Source: an uncultured Solirubrobacterales bacterium (GTDB lineage Bacteria; Actinomycetota; Thermoleophilia; Solirubrobacterales; Solirubrobacteraceae). Taken from it: DNA of 64,000 nucleotides. The notes beneath the pieces are model-generated. The model did not search any database. It was not told the origin of the DNA and was given only the letters and a program-made list of their open reading frames with translations. The position numbers and the translations under genes were made by a program. How positions within the stretch are numbered: the stretch's first letter is position 1; the number at the start of each line of letters is the position of its first letter. The DNA lies in assembly GCA_963849295.1 (NCBI GenBank), contig CAWKGU010000009.1, forward strand, positions 40,836-104,835. Direction: 5' to 3'. Shown here one piece after another: positions 53,332 through 63,886 of this stretch.

Positions 53332-54783
53332 CTATTTCGGCACGAAAGCGCGAAGTCGGCCATCCCAAGCCCCTACGTACACGGCTCCGTTGATCACTGA
53401 AGGGGCGCCGAAAATCGTGTGCCCCACCGAGCGAACCCAGAGACGCTTTCCAGTTCGTGCGTCGAGGGCCACGAGCGTGCCATAGGCGCCGGTGCCGTAG
53501 AAAACGACGCCCCCGGCGATCGTCGGGCTCGAAGTCGTGCCGCCGGGACCACGAGCCTGCCAGCGCAGCGAAAGGTGACAGCTGCGCGTGACACGGAACG
53601 CGAGGATCCCAGCCTTATACCCGCCCGCAGCGTGGGGATTGGAGACGTACACGGTTCGCTCGGAGGGCAGGTAAGCGTCAACCCCGATCAGGGCGTTGCT
53701 GCCAAAGGAGGATCCGCCGAGCGCGATGCGCTGAACCGGCCCGTTGCCGATGCCGTTGCGGTCGTACACAAAGAATGCGCCGGACTTGTTGCCCACAGCA
53801 AGCTGCGGGGGGCAACCGGGCGCGCGGTAGAGCATCGGCGTCGCGCCGAAGTCGGCATCACCGACTGTGGGCAGCCCGGGGTAATTGCTCGCGGTCACCC
53901 GTAGATGCGTTGTCAGGCGTACGACGCGCTCGGAGTATCCCTCGTGATCGGTGCTGGCGACCGAGTTACCCGTCGCTGCATAGAGCGCGCCCGCGCGCGG
54001 GTCGGCTGAGATACCTCCAAATCCCCAGATGCCGCCGCCGTTGGTAGGAGTGATGAACCAATGCTTGACGTGGCCAGTGCGAGTGTTGATCGCCGCGATC
54101 TCCCCCCGATAGGGCGGCCTGTCGCAGTAGCCCGCCAGCTCGGCGTACACAACTCCGCCCACGAACGTCAGAGCGCTGTAGTTGTGCCCATTCTCAGGGT
54201 TGTGAGTAATTCTCCAGCGATGTTTGATACGACCGGTGGAAAGGTCGAGCCGATCGACCCTGCCCTTGCCATCCCCGACGAACACGCTGTTCGTCGCGCG
54301 GTCGATCGTCGGAGTGCCAGTGACGCCGTAGTACGGCAGATCGCCGCAGCTGTCGTACCGATATCCAACCCTCCGCTCCCAGACGGTCCTTCCCGTAGCC
54401 GCATTGACCGCGGCAACCCGCCCCTTGTCCGTTCCAACAACGACCAAGTCCTTCACCACTCCGCCCGGAACGCCGGGCTTCGGAACAAGGACTGAAGCTG
54501 CGTACAGCGGCTGAGTGTTGATCACCCCGCCGACCTTCACCGTCCACGCCAGGCGGAGGCGATGCACGTTGTCGGGCGTCAGTTGCGTCTCACTCGGGTT
54601 GAAACCTTCGCGGGCGAGACCAAAGCCGTAGGTATCCCAGTCGATTGGGCGGGGCGGCGGAGGTTGGGCGCTGGCCACCGGCGACGAGGTGATTGTGGCA
54701 CCCATTCCGAGCAGAACAGTCAGCAGCACGCCCCAACGGAGCAGAGGTCTGATCGAGCGGCACCAAGGACTGCGGACCATCAT
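53332..54783 (-). CDS. Secreted PQQ-binding-like beta-propeller protein
   Basis: Signal-like segment, LRLAWTVKVGG, repeated AVNAATGRTVW / ALDARTGKRLW blades. Confidence 0.85.
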   Translation of the reverse strand: MMVRSPWCRSIRPLLRWGVLLTVLLGMGATITSSPVASAQPPPPRPIDWDTYGFGLAREGFNPSETQLTPDNVHRLRLAWTVKVGGVINTQPLYAASVLVPKPGVPGGVVKDLVVVGTDKGRVAAVNAATGRTVWERRVGYRYDSCGDLPYYGVTGTPTIDRATNSVFVGDGKGRVDRLDLSTGRIKHRWRITHNPENGHNYSALTFVGGVVYAELAGYCDRPPYRGEIAAINTRTGHVKHWFITPTNGGGIWGFGGISADPRAGALYAATGNSVASTDHEGYSERVVRLTTHLRVTASNYPGLPTVGDADFGATPMLYRAPGCPPQLAVGNKSGAFFVYDRNGIGNGPVQRIALGGSSFGSNALIGVDAYLPSERTVYVSNPHAAGGYKAGILAFRVTRSCHLSLRWQARGPGGTTSSPTIAGGVVFYGTGAYGTLVALDARTGKRLWVRSVGHTIFGAPSVINGAVYVGAWDGRLRAFVPK

Positions 54784-55127
54784 CGTCCCGCCGACACGTG
54801 CGGGTGCTTTGCCGCTGCAGTGTCCGATCCTGCCTCGGTGGCACTTGTGGGCCGCGCTCGCGCGCATGGCGTCCTTCCCCTGGGTACTCACAACTCTGGC
54901 TTTCTATCAACCCGTCATGGAGGTCGGCGCGGGCGCGCGGGGGAGCATGCGCGCGGGGTTGGTACATCGCAGTTCCCGCAGCCCGGCTTCTGTCGCGATG
55001 CACGACCTCCGAGCAACCCGGCACACGCCAGTACCGCTGCGCTTACTCAGTGCCCGGGCGCTCAGGGACCGTGACAGCTGAGCCTCCAAGATGGAGGCAG
55101 ATCTGCCAGCCTCAGCTCACCTCAGGT

Positions 55128-56486
55128 TCAGAACGCGACTCTGCCGCCTGCGATTGCGCCCTGCGGCGTTGCGGCGTTGGTAACCGGCCGCGCATGAAGG
55201 CCAACGAAGGTGCTGCCGCGGGGACCGGTGTGCACCACCCTGTGCAGCGCGCTGCCGTGCATCCACTGCTTCCAGGACAGGAACCACATCGTCCAGCCGT
55301 TATCCCAGGTGCCGGCTCGCGGGCTGCCGGTGATCGTCACCGGGTCACCCGGAACCGCCAGGTTGTAGTAGATCGCAGCGTCGGTCGGCGACATGTTCAC
55401 GCAGCCGTGGCTGACGTTCGTGAATCCCTGCTCGCCGACTGACCAGTACGCATCGTGCAGGTAGTCGCCGCTCCAGGTGAAGCGCACCGAGAAGGGCACC
55501 TCGATGTTGTAACCCGGACCCACCATGTCGACCGGGTTCGACTTCTCGATCGTCAGGTAGTTGCCGTTGGGGGTGTCGTCGCCGGGCCGGCCGCTCGAGA
55601 TCGGCCAGTGAGCGAACAGCTTTCCGTCTCGGTAGACGCTCATGTCATGCCCGGCTGTGCTCGCCACGACGATCAGTGAGGAGCCGATCGTGAACGACTG
55701 GGCGAGCGTGTGGCTCCCGTAGACCCCCGGGGCGACCTCGACCCCGTTCAAGTGGCCGACGAAGCTGACATGGGTGTGTGTCGGCCAATAGTGCCTCGGC
55801 CGGAAGTACGCGCAGATCGGCGCGGTGCCGCACTGGTTGTCCCAGTACCACGCCCCGACGACGCGTTTGGAGGTTCTGATCTGTAGTGCCCCCTCCACCG
55901 CGGCCGTGTCGACGATCGGCCGGCTGAAGTAGAGAATGATCGGCATCCCCACGCCGTAGGTCTGTCCAGATCCCTCCAAGATCTCAGTCGTCAACGTCTG
56001 CGCAGGCGTGAACGTGCGAAACGAACTGGTCTGCGTGACCCTCTTGCCGGATGGCCCGGTCGCGGTGGCAACAACCGTGTAGTGCTGCGACACGTCGAGC
56101 GCCCATGTGCTGTGCCACACCGTCCGTGCGGCGGTCAGTTTTCCGACGACCCGATCGCCCCCGGTATGGACGACCACGCTGCTGAGCCTGCCTCCGGCAG
56201 CGGTGACCGTGATCCCGCGGTTGGGCGCCTTGTCGCTCGTGCCGTTGGTCGGCGTGATCGACACCCGCACCTCCCCTGCCCCGGAGGGGGCGCCGCCGTG
56301 TTGGCCGCCGTGACCGCTGCCGCCCGAACAGCCGACCGCCACGACGCCAATCGTGGCGCATAGTGTCGCCGCGCCGAGTCTGGACAGCCTCGACGGCCGG
56401 GACGAAAGACATGGGATCGAGTCTGGGACAGCCGCTGGGCGCAACTCCGACCTCGGCACTTCAGTCTGAAGAAAGCCTACGCCCAC
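55128..56486 (-). CDS. Lipoprotein L,D-transpeptidase with Ig-like domains; start uncertain
   Basis: Lipobox VAVGC, YGVGMPIILYF, YLHDAYW...VSHGCVNM. Confidence 0.9.
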   Translation of the reverse strand: MGVGFLQTEVPRSELRPAAVPDSIPCLSSRPSRLSRLGAATLCATIGVVAVGCSGGSGHGGQHGGAPSGAGEVRVSITPTNGTSDKAPNRGITVTAAGGRLSSVVVHTGGDRVVGKLTAARTVWHSTWALDVSQHYTVVATATGPSGKRVTQTSSFRTFTPAQTLTTEILEGSGQTYGVGMPIILYFSRPIVDTAAVEGALQIRTSKRVVGAWYWDNQCGTAPICAYFRPRHYWPTHTHVSFVGHLNGVEVAPGVYGSHTLAQSFTIGSSLIVVASTAGHDMSVYRDGKLFAHWPISSGRPGDDTPNGNYLTIEKSNPVDMVGPGYNIEVPFSVRFTWSGDYLHDAYWSVGEQGFTNVSHGCVNMSPTDAAIYYNLAVPGDPVTITGSPRAGTWDNGWTMWFLSWKQWMHGSALHRVVHTGPRGSTFVGLHARPVTNAATPQGAIAGGRVAF

Positions 56487-56636
56487 CGAGTACCCCGCTC
56501 GCCATCAGCTCACCGCCAAGCGCATCAGCCGGGCGCGGTAGAGGCTTGACGTTCGCGCTTGCAGAGGGACCAGCCCGCTTAGGGCGCAACGCCAGGCGAT
56601 CCGCTCCGGCCCTGCCCTCGGTTTCACAAAATTCAC

Positions 56637-56661
56637 GTTTGCCTGACTCCTTATCGGGTAA
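56637..56661 (+). promoter_or_regulatory. Putative SigB/SigF-type stress promoter
   Basis: GTTT-N15-GGGTAA upstream of the small ORF and pyruvate oxidase. Confidence 0.55.
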
Positions 56662-56697
56662 CGATATCGTGACACGACATAGTTGAGGAGGATTGTC

Positions 56698-56892
56698 ATG
56701 TGGCAAGACGTGGTTCCCGATGTGATGGCTGGAGAGCGTGCGCGGCGGATTCGTGAGCGACCCGAGATGCCCCGCCGGATTTTCGATCCGACCGACCCAC
56801 GGTGCGGAGAGCTCGCGCTGCGGTCATCCGACGAGCGCCGGCGGCGTGAGCGCGGGCAGTCGACGCCGACGACAGATCGGGCCGCGCACTGA
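56698..56892 (+). CDS. Small hypothetical protein (64 aa)
   Basis: Strong GAGGAGG RBS before ATG 56698. Confidence 0.55.
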   Translation: MWQDVVPDVMAGERARRIRERPEMPRRIFDPTDPRCGELALRSSDERRRRERGQSTPTTDRAAH

Positions 56893-56934
56893 GCACGAAC
56901 CACGCGATGTGAAATCCGAACGGAGGGAGTAACG

Positions 56935-58785
56935 ATGGCTGACAAGACGGCGTCGGATCAGTTGGTGGAGCGTCTGATCGAATGGGGGATCGACGTTGTC
57001 TTCGGGCTGCCCGGCGACGGGATCAATGGCGTGATGGAGGCGCTCCGCGTCCATCAGGAAAAGATCCGGTTCGTCCACGTGCGCCATGAGGAGACCGCGG
57101 CGCTGGCGGCCTGCGCTTACGGGAAGTTCACCGGCCGGCCCGCTGCGTGCCTTGCGACGGCGGCGCCGGGGGCTGTGCATCTGATGAACGGTCTGTACGA
57201 CGCGCGGATCGACCAGTCCCCGGTGCTCGCGATCACAGGCATGACCTACCACGACGTGATCGGCACCCACTACCTGCAGGACATCAACCACGACTTCGCG
57301 CTGAACGATCCATGCGTGTACAGCCAGCGGATCATGGGCGAGGCGCACGTGATCCCGGTCATCGATATGGCGGTGCGCTCGGCGATCGCGCAGCGCGGCC
57401 CCGCGCACGTGGCGTTCCCGATTGACATCCAGTCCGGCGATGCTGTCACTGGCGATCGCTCGATCAAAAACCTCGAGGGCCACTCCGCGGTGACGGCGAT
57501 TGATGGCAGACGCCTCCCACCACGGGAGCGACTCGAGCACGCCGCGCGGGTGCTCTCTGATGCTTCCCGGCCGTTGATCTTCATCGGTGCGGGCGCCCGC
57601 GGCGCGGGCGATGAGCTCGAGCAAATCGCGGAGCGACTGGGGGCGCCGATCGTCAAGGCGATGCTTGGGAAGGACGCGGTGGCTGACGACAGCCCCTACT
57701 GTCTGGGCGGGTACGCGCTGGTGGGCACGCGTCCGGCGCAGGATGCGCTCAAGACCTGCGACGCGATCTTGGTCGTTGGCAGCTCGAGTCCCTACATCGA
57801 GTTTCTGCCTGAGCCCGGCTCGGCGGTCGGTGTTCAGATCGATGACCGCCCGGAGCGGATCGGGCTTCGCTATCCAGTCGAGGTCGGACTCTGTGGCGAC
57901 GCCAAGCTCACCTTGCGAGAGCTCGCGCCGCTGCTGGAGGAACGGCAAGACCGCTCGTTCCTTCAGGAGGCGCAGGCGGCGATGGACGATTGGCGGCAGC
58001 TACAGGCCGAGCGCGCAAAGCCCGTCGATGGCCAGCCGATCAAGCCGGATGCGATTCCCTTTCATCTCGGTCGCGCGCTGGCGGACAGGGCGATTTTGTG
58101 CGGCGACTCGGGGACGGTGACGACGTGGGCGGCTCGGACCGAGCTGCGCCGAGGCCAGCTGTTCTCTTTCAGCGGGACGATGTGCTCGATGATGGCGGCG
58201 CTGCCGTACGCGATCGGCGCGCAGGTCGCCTTTCCCGACCGCCAGGTCGTTGCGCTCACCGGCGATGGTTCGCTGACGATGATGATGGGGGAGCTGGCAA
58301 CGCTCGCCCAGCACGCGCTGCCGGTGAAGGTGGTCGTGATGCGAAACGACGTGCTCGGGCTGATCAAGTGGGAGCAGATGGCGTTCCTCGGAAACCCGCA
58401 GTACGGCGTTGAGCTCGCGCCGGTCGACTTCACCAAGGTCGCCGAGGCGTGCGGGATCAAGGGGGTCAGGGTCGAGGATCCGGAGACGGTCGGCGACCAA
58501 CTGACCCAGGCGTTGAGCCTCGACGGCCCGGCCCTCATCGAGGCGGTCGTGGACCCGCACGACATGCCGATGACGCCGACGATCAACCCCGAGCACGCCA
58601 AGGGCTTCGCCTGGGGACTGGCACGCGGCGAGCCCAACCGCGAGCAGATCGCGCTGACGATGTCGCGCGTGCTTGCACGGGAGATGCAGTACGCGAGCAG
58701 CCCGGCGGGGGTTCTGGCACGCGCCAAGGATCGCGTTGCCGAGCGGCTCCCCGGGGCCGAGGGACCGTCAACGAATGGCAACTGA
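56935..58785 (+). CDS. TPP-dependent pyruvate oxidase/dehydrogenase (PoxB-like)
   Basis: FGLPGDGING, VRHEE, GDSG, GDGSLTM...VVMRN TPP motif. Confidence 0.9.
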   Translation: MADKTASDQLVERLIEWGIDVVFGLPGDGINGVMEALRVHQEKIRFVHVRHEETAALAACAYGKFTGRPAACLATAAPGAVHLMNGLYDARIDQSPVLAITGMTYHDVIGTHYLQDINHDFALNDPCVYSQRIMGEAHVIPVIDMAVRSAIAQRGPAHVAFPIDIQSGDAVTGDRSIKNLEGHSAVTAIDGRRLPPRERLEHAARVLSDASRPLIFIGAGARGAGDELEQIAERLGAPIVKAMLGKDAVADDSPYCLGGYALVGTRPAQDALKTCDAILVVGSSSPYIEFLPEPGSAVGVQIDDRPERIGLRYPVEVGLCGDAKLTLRELAPLLEERQDRSFLQEAQAAMDDWRQLQAERAKPVDGQPIKPDAIPFHLGRALADRAILCGDSGTVTTWAARTELRRGQLFSFSGTMCSMMAALPYAIGAQVAFPDRQVVALTGDGSLTMMMGELATLAQHALPVKVVVMRNDVLGLIKWEQMAFLGNPQYGVELAPVDFTKVAEACGIKGVRVEDPETVGDQLTQALSLDGPALIEAVVDPHDMPMTPTINPEHAKGFAWGLARGEPNREQIALTMSRVLAREMQYASSPAGVLARAKDRVAERLPGAEGPSTNGN

Positions 58786-58811
58786 CAGTCACACAGCAAA
58801 GGAGGTAAGCC

Positions 58812-59486
58812 ATGGCTACCTACACCGAAGCCGCACCAGCCCCGAGGCGAGAGGTCTCGGATCGGCGCGGCCTCAAGACGGCGGAGGTGGGACCGGCCAG
58901 GTTCGTCTCTGAGCCGGCCGCGCTCGGTCTCGCCGCGTTCGGCTTGACAACGATGGCGCTCAGCTTCATCAACGCCGGGATCCTGTCGAGCAGGATCTTG
59001 CCGATGGTGGGAGCGCTGGCGCTCGCCTACGGCGGGCTTGTGCAGTTGCTTGCGGGAATGTGGGCGTTCATCAAGAACGACACGTTCGCAGCGGTCGCGC
59101 TCAGCTCGTACGGCGGCTTCTGGATCTCGTTCTACTTGCTCCAGAACACGTTCCTCAAGCAGATACCAGTCGCCGACCAGCGGGGGGCGCTTGCGCTCTA
59201 CCTGTTCGCGTGGGGCGTGTTCACGTTCTATATGTGGATCGCCTCGACCCGAGTGAGTCTCGGCATCCAGTCGGTGTTCGCCACGCTGGTGCCGACGTAC
59301 GTCCTGCTCGGGCTCGGGAAGGCACTCCCGTCGACGCTGCTGTTTCACATCGGCGGCGCGTTCGGGATCGCCACCGCGGCGTGTGCGTGGTACGTCTCAG
59401 CGGCAATCGTGTTCAAGCGCACGTTCCGCCGCGACGTCCTGCCCATGTTCGAGACCCGATCGGTCCAGCAGGATGTCGGCCCGTGA
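58812..59486 (+). CDS. satP: Acetate uptake transporter (SatP/GPR1/FUN34/YaaH)
   Basis: EPAALGLAAFGLTT, YGGLVQLLAGMW, SYGGFW. Confidence 0.9.
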   Translation: MATYTEAAPAPRREVSDRRGLKTAEVGPARFVSEPAALGLAAFGLTTMALSFINAGILSSRILPMVGALALAYGGLVQLLAGMWAFIKNDTFAAVALSSYGGFWISFYLLQNTFLKQIPVADQRGALALYLFAWGVFTFYMWIASTRVSLGIQSVFATLVPTYVLLGLGKALPSTLLFHIGGAFGIATAACAWYVSAAIVFKRTFRRDVLPMFETRSVQQDVGP

Positions 59487-59498
59487 CGAACTGGTCTT

Positions 59499-62486
59499 GT
59501 GGCCGTAGGAACTGAAGTCCTCCGGCCTCCCGCAGAGGGCGCGAGCCGAGAAATCGACGCTCGCGCCCTGGCGCGGGAGCTCTCCCTCGAGCTCCGCGGC
59601 GAGGTTCGCTTCTCGCCCGGCAGCAGGGCCCTGTACGCCAACGATGGCTCTGTGTACCGGCAGCTGCCGATCGGGGTCGTGATCCCGCGCGACGCGCACG
59701 ATGTCATCGCAGCGGTTGGGATTTGCCGGCGCCACGGGGCGCCGATCGGGGCGCGGGGCTGTGGGACCGGTCTGGCCGGTCAAACGGTGAACGAAGCGGT
59801 CCTGTTCGACTTCTCCAAGTACATGAACAAGATCATCGAGCTGGATCCCGGCCAGCGGTACGCGCGCGTTCAGCCGGGGTTGGTGCTCGATTGGCTGCGC
59901 GACAAGGCCGAAGAGCACGAGCTCACGTTTGGCCCGGATCCGGCGACGCACAGCCGATGCACGCTGGGAGGGATGATCGGCAACAACAGCTGCGGAACGC
60001 ACTCGATCATTGCCGGCGTCACCGCCGACAACATCGAGTCCCTCGACGTGCTCCTTTACGACGGCACCCGGCTGACGCTCCCGTGCGCGGTGAGGGAGGA
60101 GGAGTTCGCGCGAGCGATCGCCGCGGGCGGGCGTGAGGGCGAGATCTACTCGCGTCTGCGCGACCTTCGCGACCGCTACGCCGATCTGATCCGTGAGCGC
60201 TACCCGGAAATCCCGCGGCGGATCTCCGGTTACAACCTCGATCGGCTGCTCCCGGAACATGGTTTCAACTTGGCCGCCGCGATCGTCGGCACCGAGGCGA
60301 CGTGCGCACTGGTGCTCGAGGCTCGGTGCAAGCTGATTGACAGCCCACAGCACCGCTCGCTCGTCCTCGTCGGGTACGAGGACTGTCCAGCGGCGGCGGA
60401 TCAGGTGCCCTGGGTCAGCGAGTTTGGCCCGATCGGCTTGGAGACGTTCGACCGGCGGTTGGTCCGCAACGAGCTCGCGTTGGGACGCAAGCGAAGGACG
60501 GATCTGCTGCCCGGAGGCGACGGCTGGTTGCTGGTCGAATTCGGCGGCGACTCGAAGGAGGACGCAGATCAGCAGGCCGAGCGGTTCTGCGAGTCCGTTC
60601 GAAAGGCGGGAGGTCACTGCGGCGAGAAGCTGTACGTGAATCCCGACGAAATCGCCCAGGTGTGGGAGATCAGAGAGGGCGGTGTCGGTCACAGCAAAGT
60701 CCCGGGAGAGCATCCGGGGTGGCCCTCGTGGGAGGACGCGGCCGTCGCGCCCGAGCGGATCGGCGACTACCTACGCGACCTGGAGAAGCTCTGCACGAAA
60801 CACGGTCGCCGGATTTCGTGCCTGTTCGGGCATGTCGGACATGGCTGCGTGCACTCCAGGATCGACTGGGACTTCCTCACGGCCGAAGGCGTCCGCAACT
60901 ATCGGGCGTTTATGGAAGACGCCGGCGACCTGATCGCTTCCTACGGCGGGTCGCTGTCCGGCGAGCACGGCGACGGGCACGCGCGCGCGGAGCTGCTGCC
61001 GAAGATGTTCGGGCCGGAGCTCGTCGGGGCGTTCCGCGAGTTCAAGGCGATCTGGGACCCGGACTGGAAGATGAATCCGGGGAAGGTCGTCGACCCCTAC
61101 CCACTCGACACGCATCTGCGGATGGACCCCAGCTACAGCACGCGGCCCGTCAGCACGGAATTTCGGTATCCCGCCGACGACGGTGCGTTCGCCGCGGCGG
61201 CAGAACGATGCTTCGGAGTCGGAGCGTGTCGGGATCAGAACGCCGTGATGTGCCCCAGCTACCAGGTGACTCTCGAGGAGAAGCACTCGACGCGTGGACG
61301 CGCCCGCCTGCTGTTCGAGATGATGCGAAACGACTCGACACTCGAAGACGCGTGGCGCAACGAGGAGGTCAAGGAGGCACTCGACCTGTGCCTGGCGTGC
61401 AAGGGCTGCCTGCACGAGTGTCCGGTGCGAGTCGACATGGCGACATACAAGGCGGAATTTCTCTCCCATTACTACGCCCGCCGCATCCGCCCCCGCCAGG
61501 CCTATGCGCTTGGGCTGATTCGTTGGGAGGCGGAACTCGCGTCACACGCTCCCCGCCTCGCGAACCTGATCACCCATGTCCAACCGTTCGCGGGGCTCGG
61601 CAAGCGTCTGGCCGGCATCGCGCCTGAGCGAGACGTCCCCTCGTTCGCCGAGGAGACCTTCAAGCGGTGGTTCCGCAACCGAGCGGAGCAGAACCATTCG
61701 GGCCGCCCGCGCGTGCTCCTGTGGCCGGACACGTTCAACGATCACTTCCATCCCGAGGTGGCGATCGCAGCGACCGAGGTGCTCGAAGCCGCAGGCTTTC
61801 AGGTCAGCGTTCCTGAGCGGTCGCTGTGCTGCGGTCGTCCTTTGTACGACTACGGAATGCTCAAGCTCGCCCGCCGGCTGCTTCACCGAACCCTCGACAC
61901 GCTGCGCGAGGACATCCGTGCCGGTACCCCGATCGTCGCACTCGAACCGAGCTGTGGCGCCGTGTTTCGCAACGAGCTCACGAACATGCTTCCTCACAAC
62001 GAGGAGGCGAAGCGGCTTGCGCGCCAGACACAGTCGTTTGGGGAATTCATGGCGCATCACGCAGATGACTGGGAGATGCCGCGCCTGGAGCGCAAAGCCG
62101 TCGTTCACCTTCACTGCCACCAGCGCGCGACCACCGACACGGACTGCGATCGTGCGGTCCTCCAGCGGATGGGGCTCGACTTTCAGATCCTCGATACGGG
62201 CTGCTGCGGCATGGCGGGGTCGTTCGGCTATGAGCGCGGCGAGCGCTACGAGCTGTCGATAAGGGCCGGAGAGCAGAAGCTTTTACCGGCGGTGCGGGCA
62301 GCGTCCCCGCATGCGTTGCTGGTGACGGATGGATTCAGCTGTCGCTCGCAGATCGAGCACGGGTCAGACCGAGGTGCGCTGCACCTGGCTCAGGTGCTGC
62401 AGATGGCGCTGCGCGACGGACCCAACGGTCCTTCCACCCCCAAGCCAGAAGAGCGCTACGCCTCGCGGGCATCAGCGCTCGTTTAG
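59499..62486 (+). CDS. FAD-linked oxidase with 4Fe-4S and CCG domains (YdiJ/lactate dehydrogenase-like)
   Basis: RGCGTGLAGQ, GEHGDG, CFGVGAC...MCPS, CLACKGCLHECP, CCGMAGSFG. Confidence 0.9.
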   Translation: MAVGTEVLRPPAEGASREIDARALARELSLELRGEVRFSPGSRALYANDGSVYRQLPIGVVIPRDAHDVIAAVGICRRHGAPIGARGCGTGLAGQTVNEAVLFDFSKYMNKIIELDPGQRYARVQPGLVLDWLRDKAEEHELTFGPDPATHSRCTLGGMIGNNSCGTHSIIAGVTADNIESLDVLLYDGTRLTLPCAVREEEFARAIAAGGREGEIYSRLRDLRDRYADLIRERYPEIPRRISGYNLDRLLPEHGFNLAAAIVGTEATCALVLEARCKLIDSPQHRSLVLVGYEDCPAAADQVPWVSEFGPIGLETFDRRLVRNELALGRKRRTDLLPGGDGWLLVEFGGDSKEDADQQAERFCESVRKAGGHCGEKLYVNPDEIAQVWEIREGGVGHSKVPGEHPGWPSWEDAAVAPERIGDYLRDLEKLCTKHGRRISCLFGHVGHGCVHSRIDWDFLTAEGVRNYRAFMEDAGDLIASYGGSLSGEHGDGHARAELLPKMFGPELVGAFREFKAIWDPDWKMNPGKVVDPYPLDTHLRMDPSYSTRPVSTEFRYPADDGAFAAAAERCFGVGACRDQNAVMCPSYQVTLEEKHSTRGRARLLFEMMRNDSTLEDAWRNEEVKEALDLCLACKGCLHECPVRVDMATYKAEFLSHYYARRIRPRQAYALGLIRWEAELASHAPRLANLITHVQPFAGLGKRLAGIAPERDVPSFAEETFKRWFRNRAEQNHSGRPRVLLWPDTFNDHFHPEVAIAATEVLEAAGFQVSVPERSLCCGRPLYDYGMLKLARRLLHRTLDTLREDIRAGTPIVALEPSCGAVFRNELTNMLPHNEEAKRLARQTQSFGEFMAHHADDWEMPRLERKAVVHLHCHQRATTDTDCDRAVLQRMGLDFQILDTGCCGMAGSFGYERGERYELSIRAGEQKLLPAVRAASPHALLVTDGFSCRSQIEHGSDRGALHLAQVLQMALRDGPNGPSTPKPEERYASRASALV

Positions 62487-63817
62487 GCGCCCGCCCTGTG
62501 CGCCTCGGCGCGCAGCTCCTGCCTGTCCGCTTCGTTGCGGCGCAGCGCCCGAAGGAACGGAATGCTCAGCAATACCGCCCCGCCACAGACTCCCCACATC
62601 GCTGCATATCCATGGGTCGCCGATAGCGACGGGCGCAGCAATTCGACCGCCCCGCCGGCGAGGAGCGGCCCAAGGGTGATCCCGATCCCACGGCTCAGCG
62701 AGTAGAAGCCGGTCAATACGCCGTGCGAGCGAGCCGGCATCAGCGGCATCAGCAGCGCATACGGCAGCGTCATGATCACCGCGCCGCCGAACGCCAGCAG
62801 CGGCAGCAGCGGCAGCAGGATCGCCGGCGACTGCGTGAACAGCGGGGCGAGCAGCCCGATTCCATAAATCCACAACGCGACTGCAAGCACGGGCAGACGT
62901 CCGAACCGGTCAGCGAGCGCGCCACTGATTGGGGAGGCGATCAGGATGAACACCGCAGCCGCGCCCACGATCAACGCGGCGGTCGAGACGCTGTTGCCGA
63001 GCCCCTTCGTCAGGAACAGGATCACGAACGTCTTCAGGGCCCCCAGCGAGAGCTCCCACAGCGCGTTTGCCGCCATGTATGCCCGGAGCGCCGGATGCGC
63101 GGCGAGCAAGCCGCGCAGCTCCCGCACGGCGTGTCTCACGCCGACCGCGGCATGACGATCCTGCTCGGGCACGCCCCTGCGGCGAAGCATCGTCCGCGTG
63201 AACACCACGACCGCGGCCACGTACAGCGCAGCCGCTGCTGCGAAGGGTGCCCAGCGAGTCAGCCCCAGCAGCAGGCCACCACCGACCAGCGCGAACCCGG
63301 TACCAAGGCCTCTCCACAACGCCTGCACCGCCTGCGAGCGTCCGGCCGCTTCCTTGGTGATCAGGTCGGGGTAGAGCGCGCGATACGGCTCGTAGGCGAT
63401 GAAGTAGCCGGCAAAGAACACGACCACCAAAAACACGATGATGGGCAGCGAGCGGGCGAAACCGAGCAGCACCAAGCTCGTCGCCAGCGGGGCCGTTCCC
63501 ACGAGCACGAACGGAAGCCGACCGCCCAGGCGGGACTCAAGCTGGTCCGACCATGCGCCGGCTACCAGCGGCAACCACAGGGCGATCAGTCCTTCGGAGC
63601 CGATGATCAGCCCCACCACCGCTGTGGAGCTCGTGAACGACTGCGCGATCAGCGGCAAGTAGGTCGTTACGACTGTGGTCGAAAGCGCCAGCCCGAATGT
63701 CGGCACGCCCAGGAGGGCGATCAGCACCCAGTCCGACGCACTCAGCGAACGTGAGGATTTGTCCTCACGTCCGGGTGCGGATGCCCCGGCCGGTTTGGTT
63801 TTTGGCTGAGCGCTCAC
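62483..63817 (-). CDS. MFS transporter (GPH/maltose-sucrose type)
   Basis: About 12 TM segments, GAWSDQ...LGGRLPF, PYRALYPD, GALADRFGR. Confidence 0.88.
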   Translation of the reverse strand: MSAQPKTKPAGASAPGREDKSSRSLSASDWVLIALLGVPTFGLALSTTVVTTYLPLIAQSFTSSTAVVGLIIGSEGLIALWLPLVAGAWSDQLESRLGGRLPFVLVGTAPLATSLVLLGFARSLPIIVFLVVVFFAGYFIAYEPYRALYPDLITKEAAGRSQAVQALWRGLGTGFALVGGGLLLGLTRWAPFAAAAALYVAAVVVFTRTMLRRRGVPEQDRHAAVGVRHAVRELRGLLAAHPALRAYMAANALWELSLGALKTFVILFLTKGLGNSVSTAALIVGAAAVFILIASPISGALADRFGRLPVLAVALWIYGIGLLAPLFTQSPAILLPLLPLLAFGGAVIMTLPYALLMPLMPARSHGVLTGFYSLSRGIGITLGPLLAGGAVELLRPSLSATHGYAAMWGVCGGAVLLSIPFLRALRRNEADRQELRAEAHRAGA

Positions 63818-63886
63818 TGTCGGGTGTCACAGAACGCGCCCGGCGGAGAGAGACGACCGGGCGCGATCTGTCGGGGGAAGACGCAA

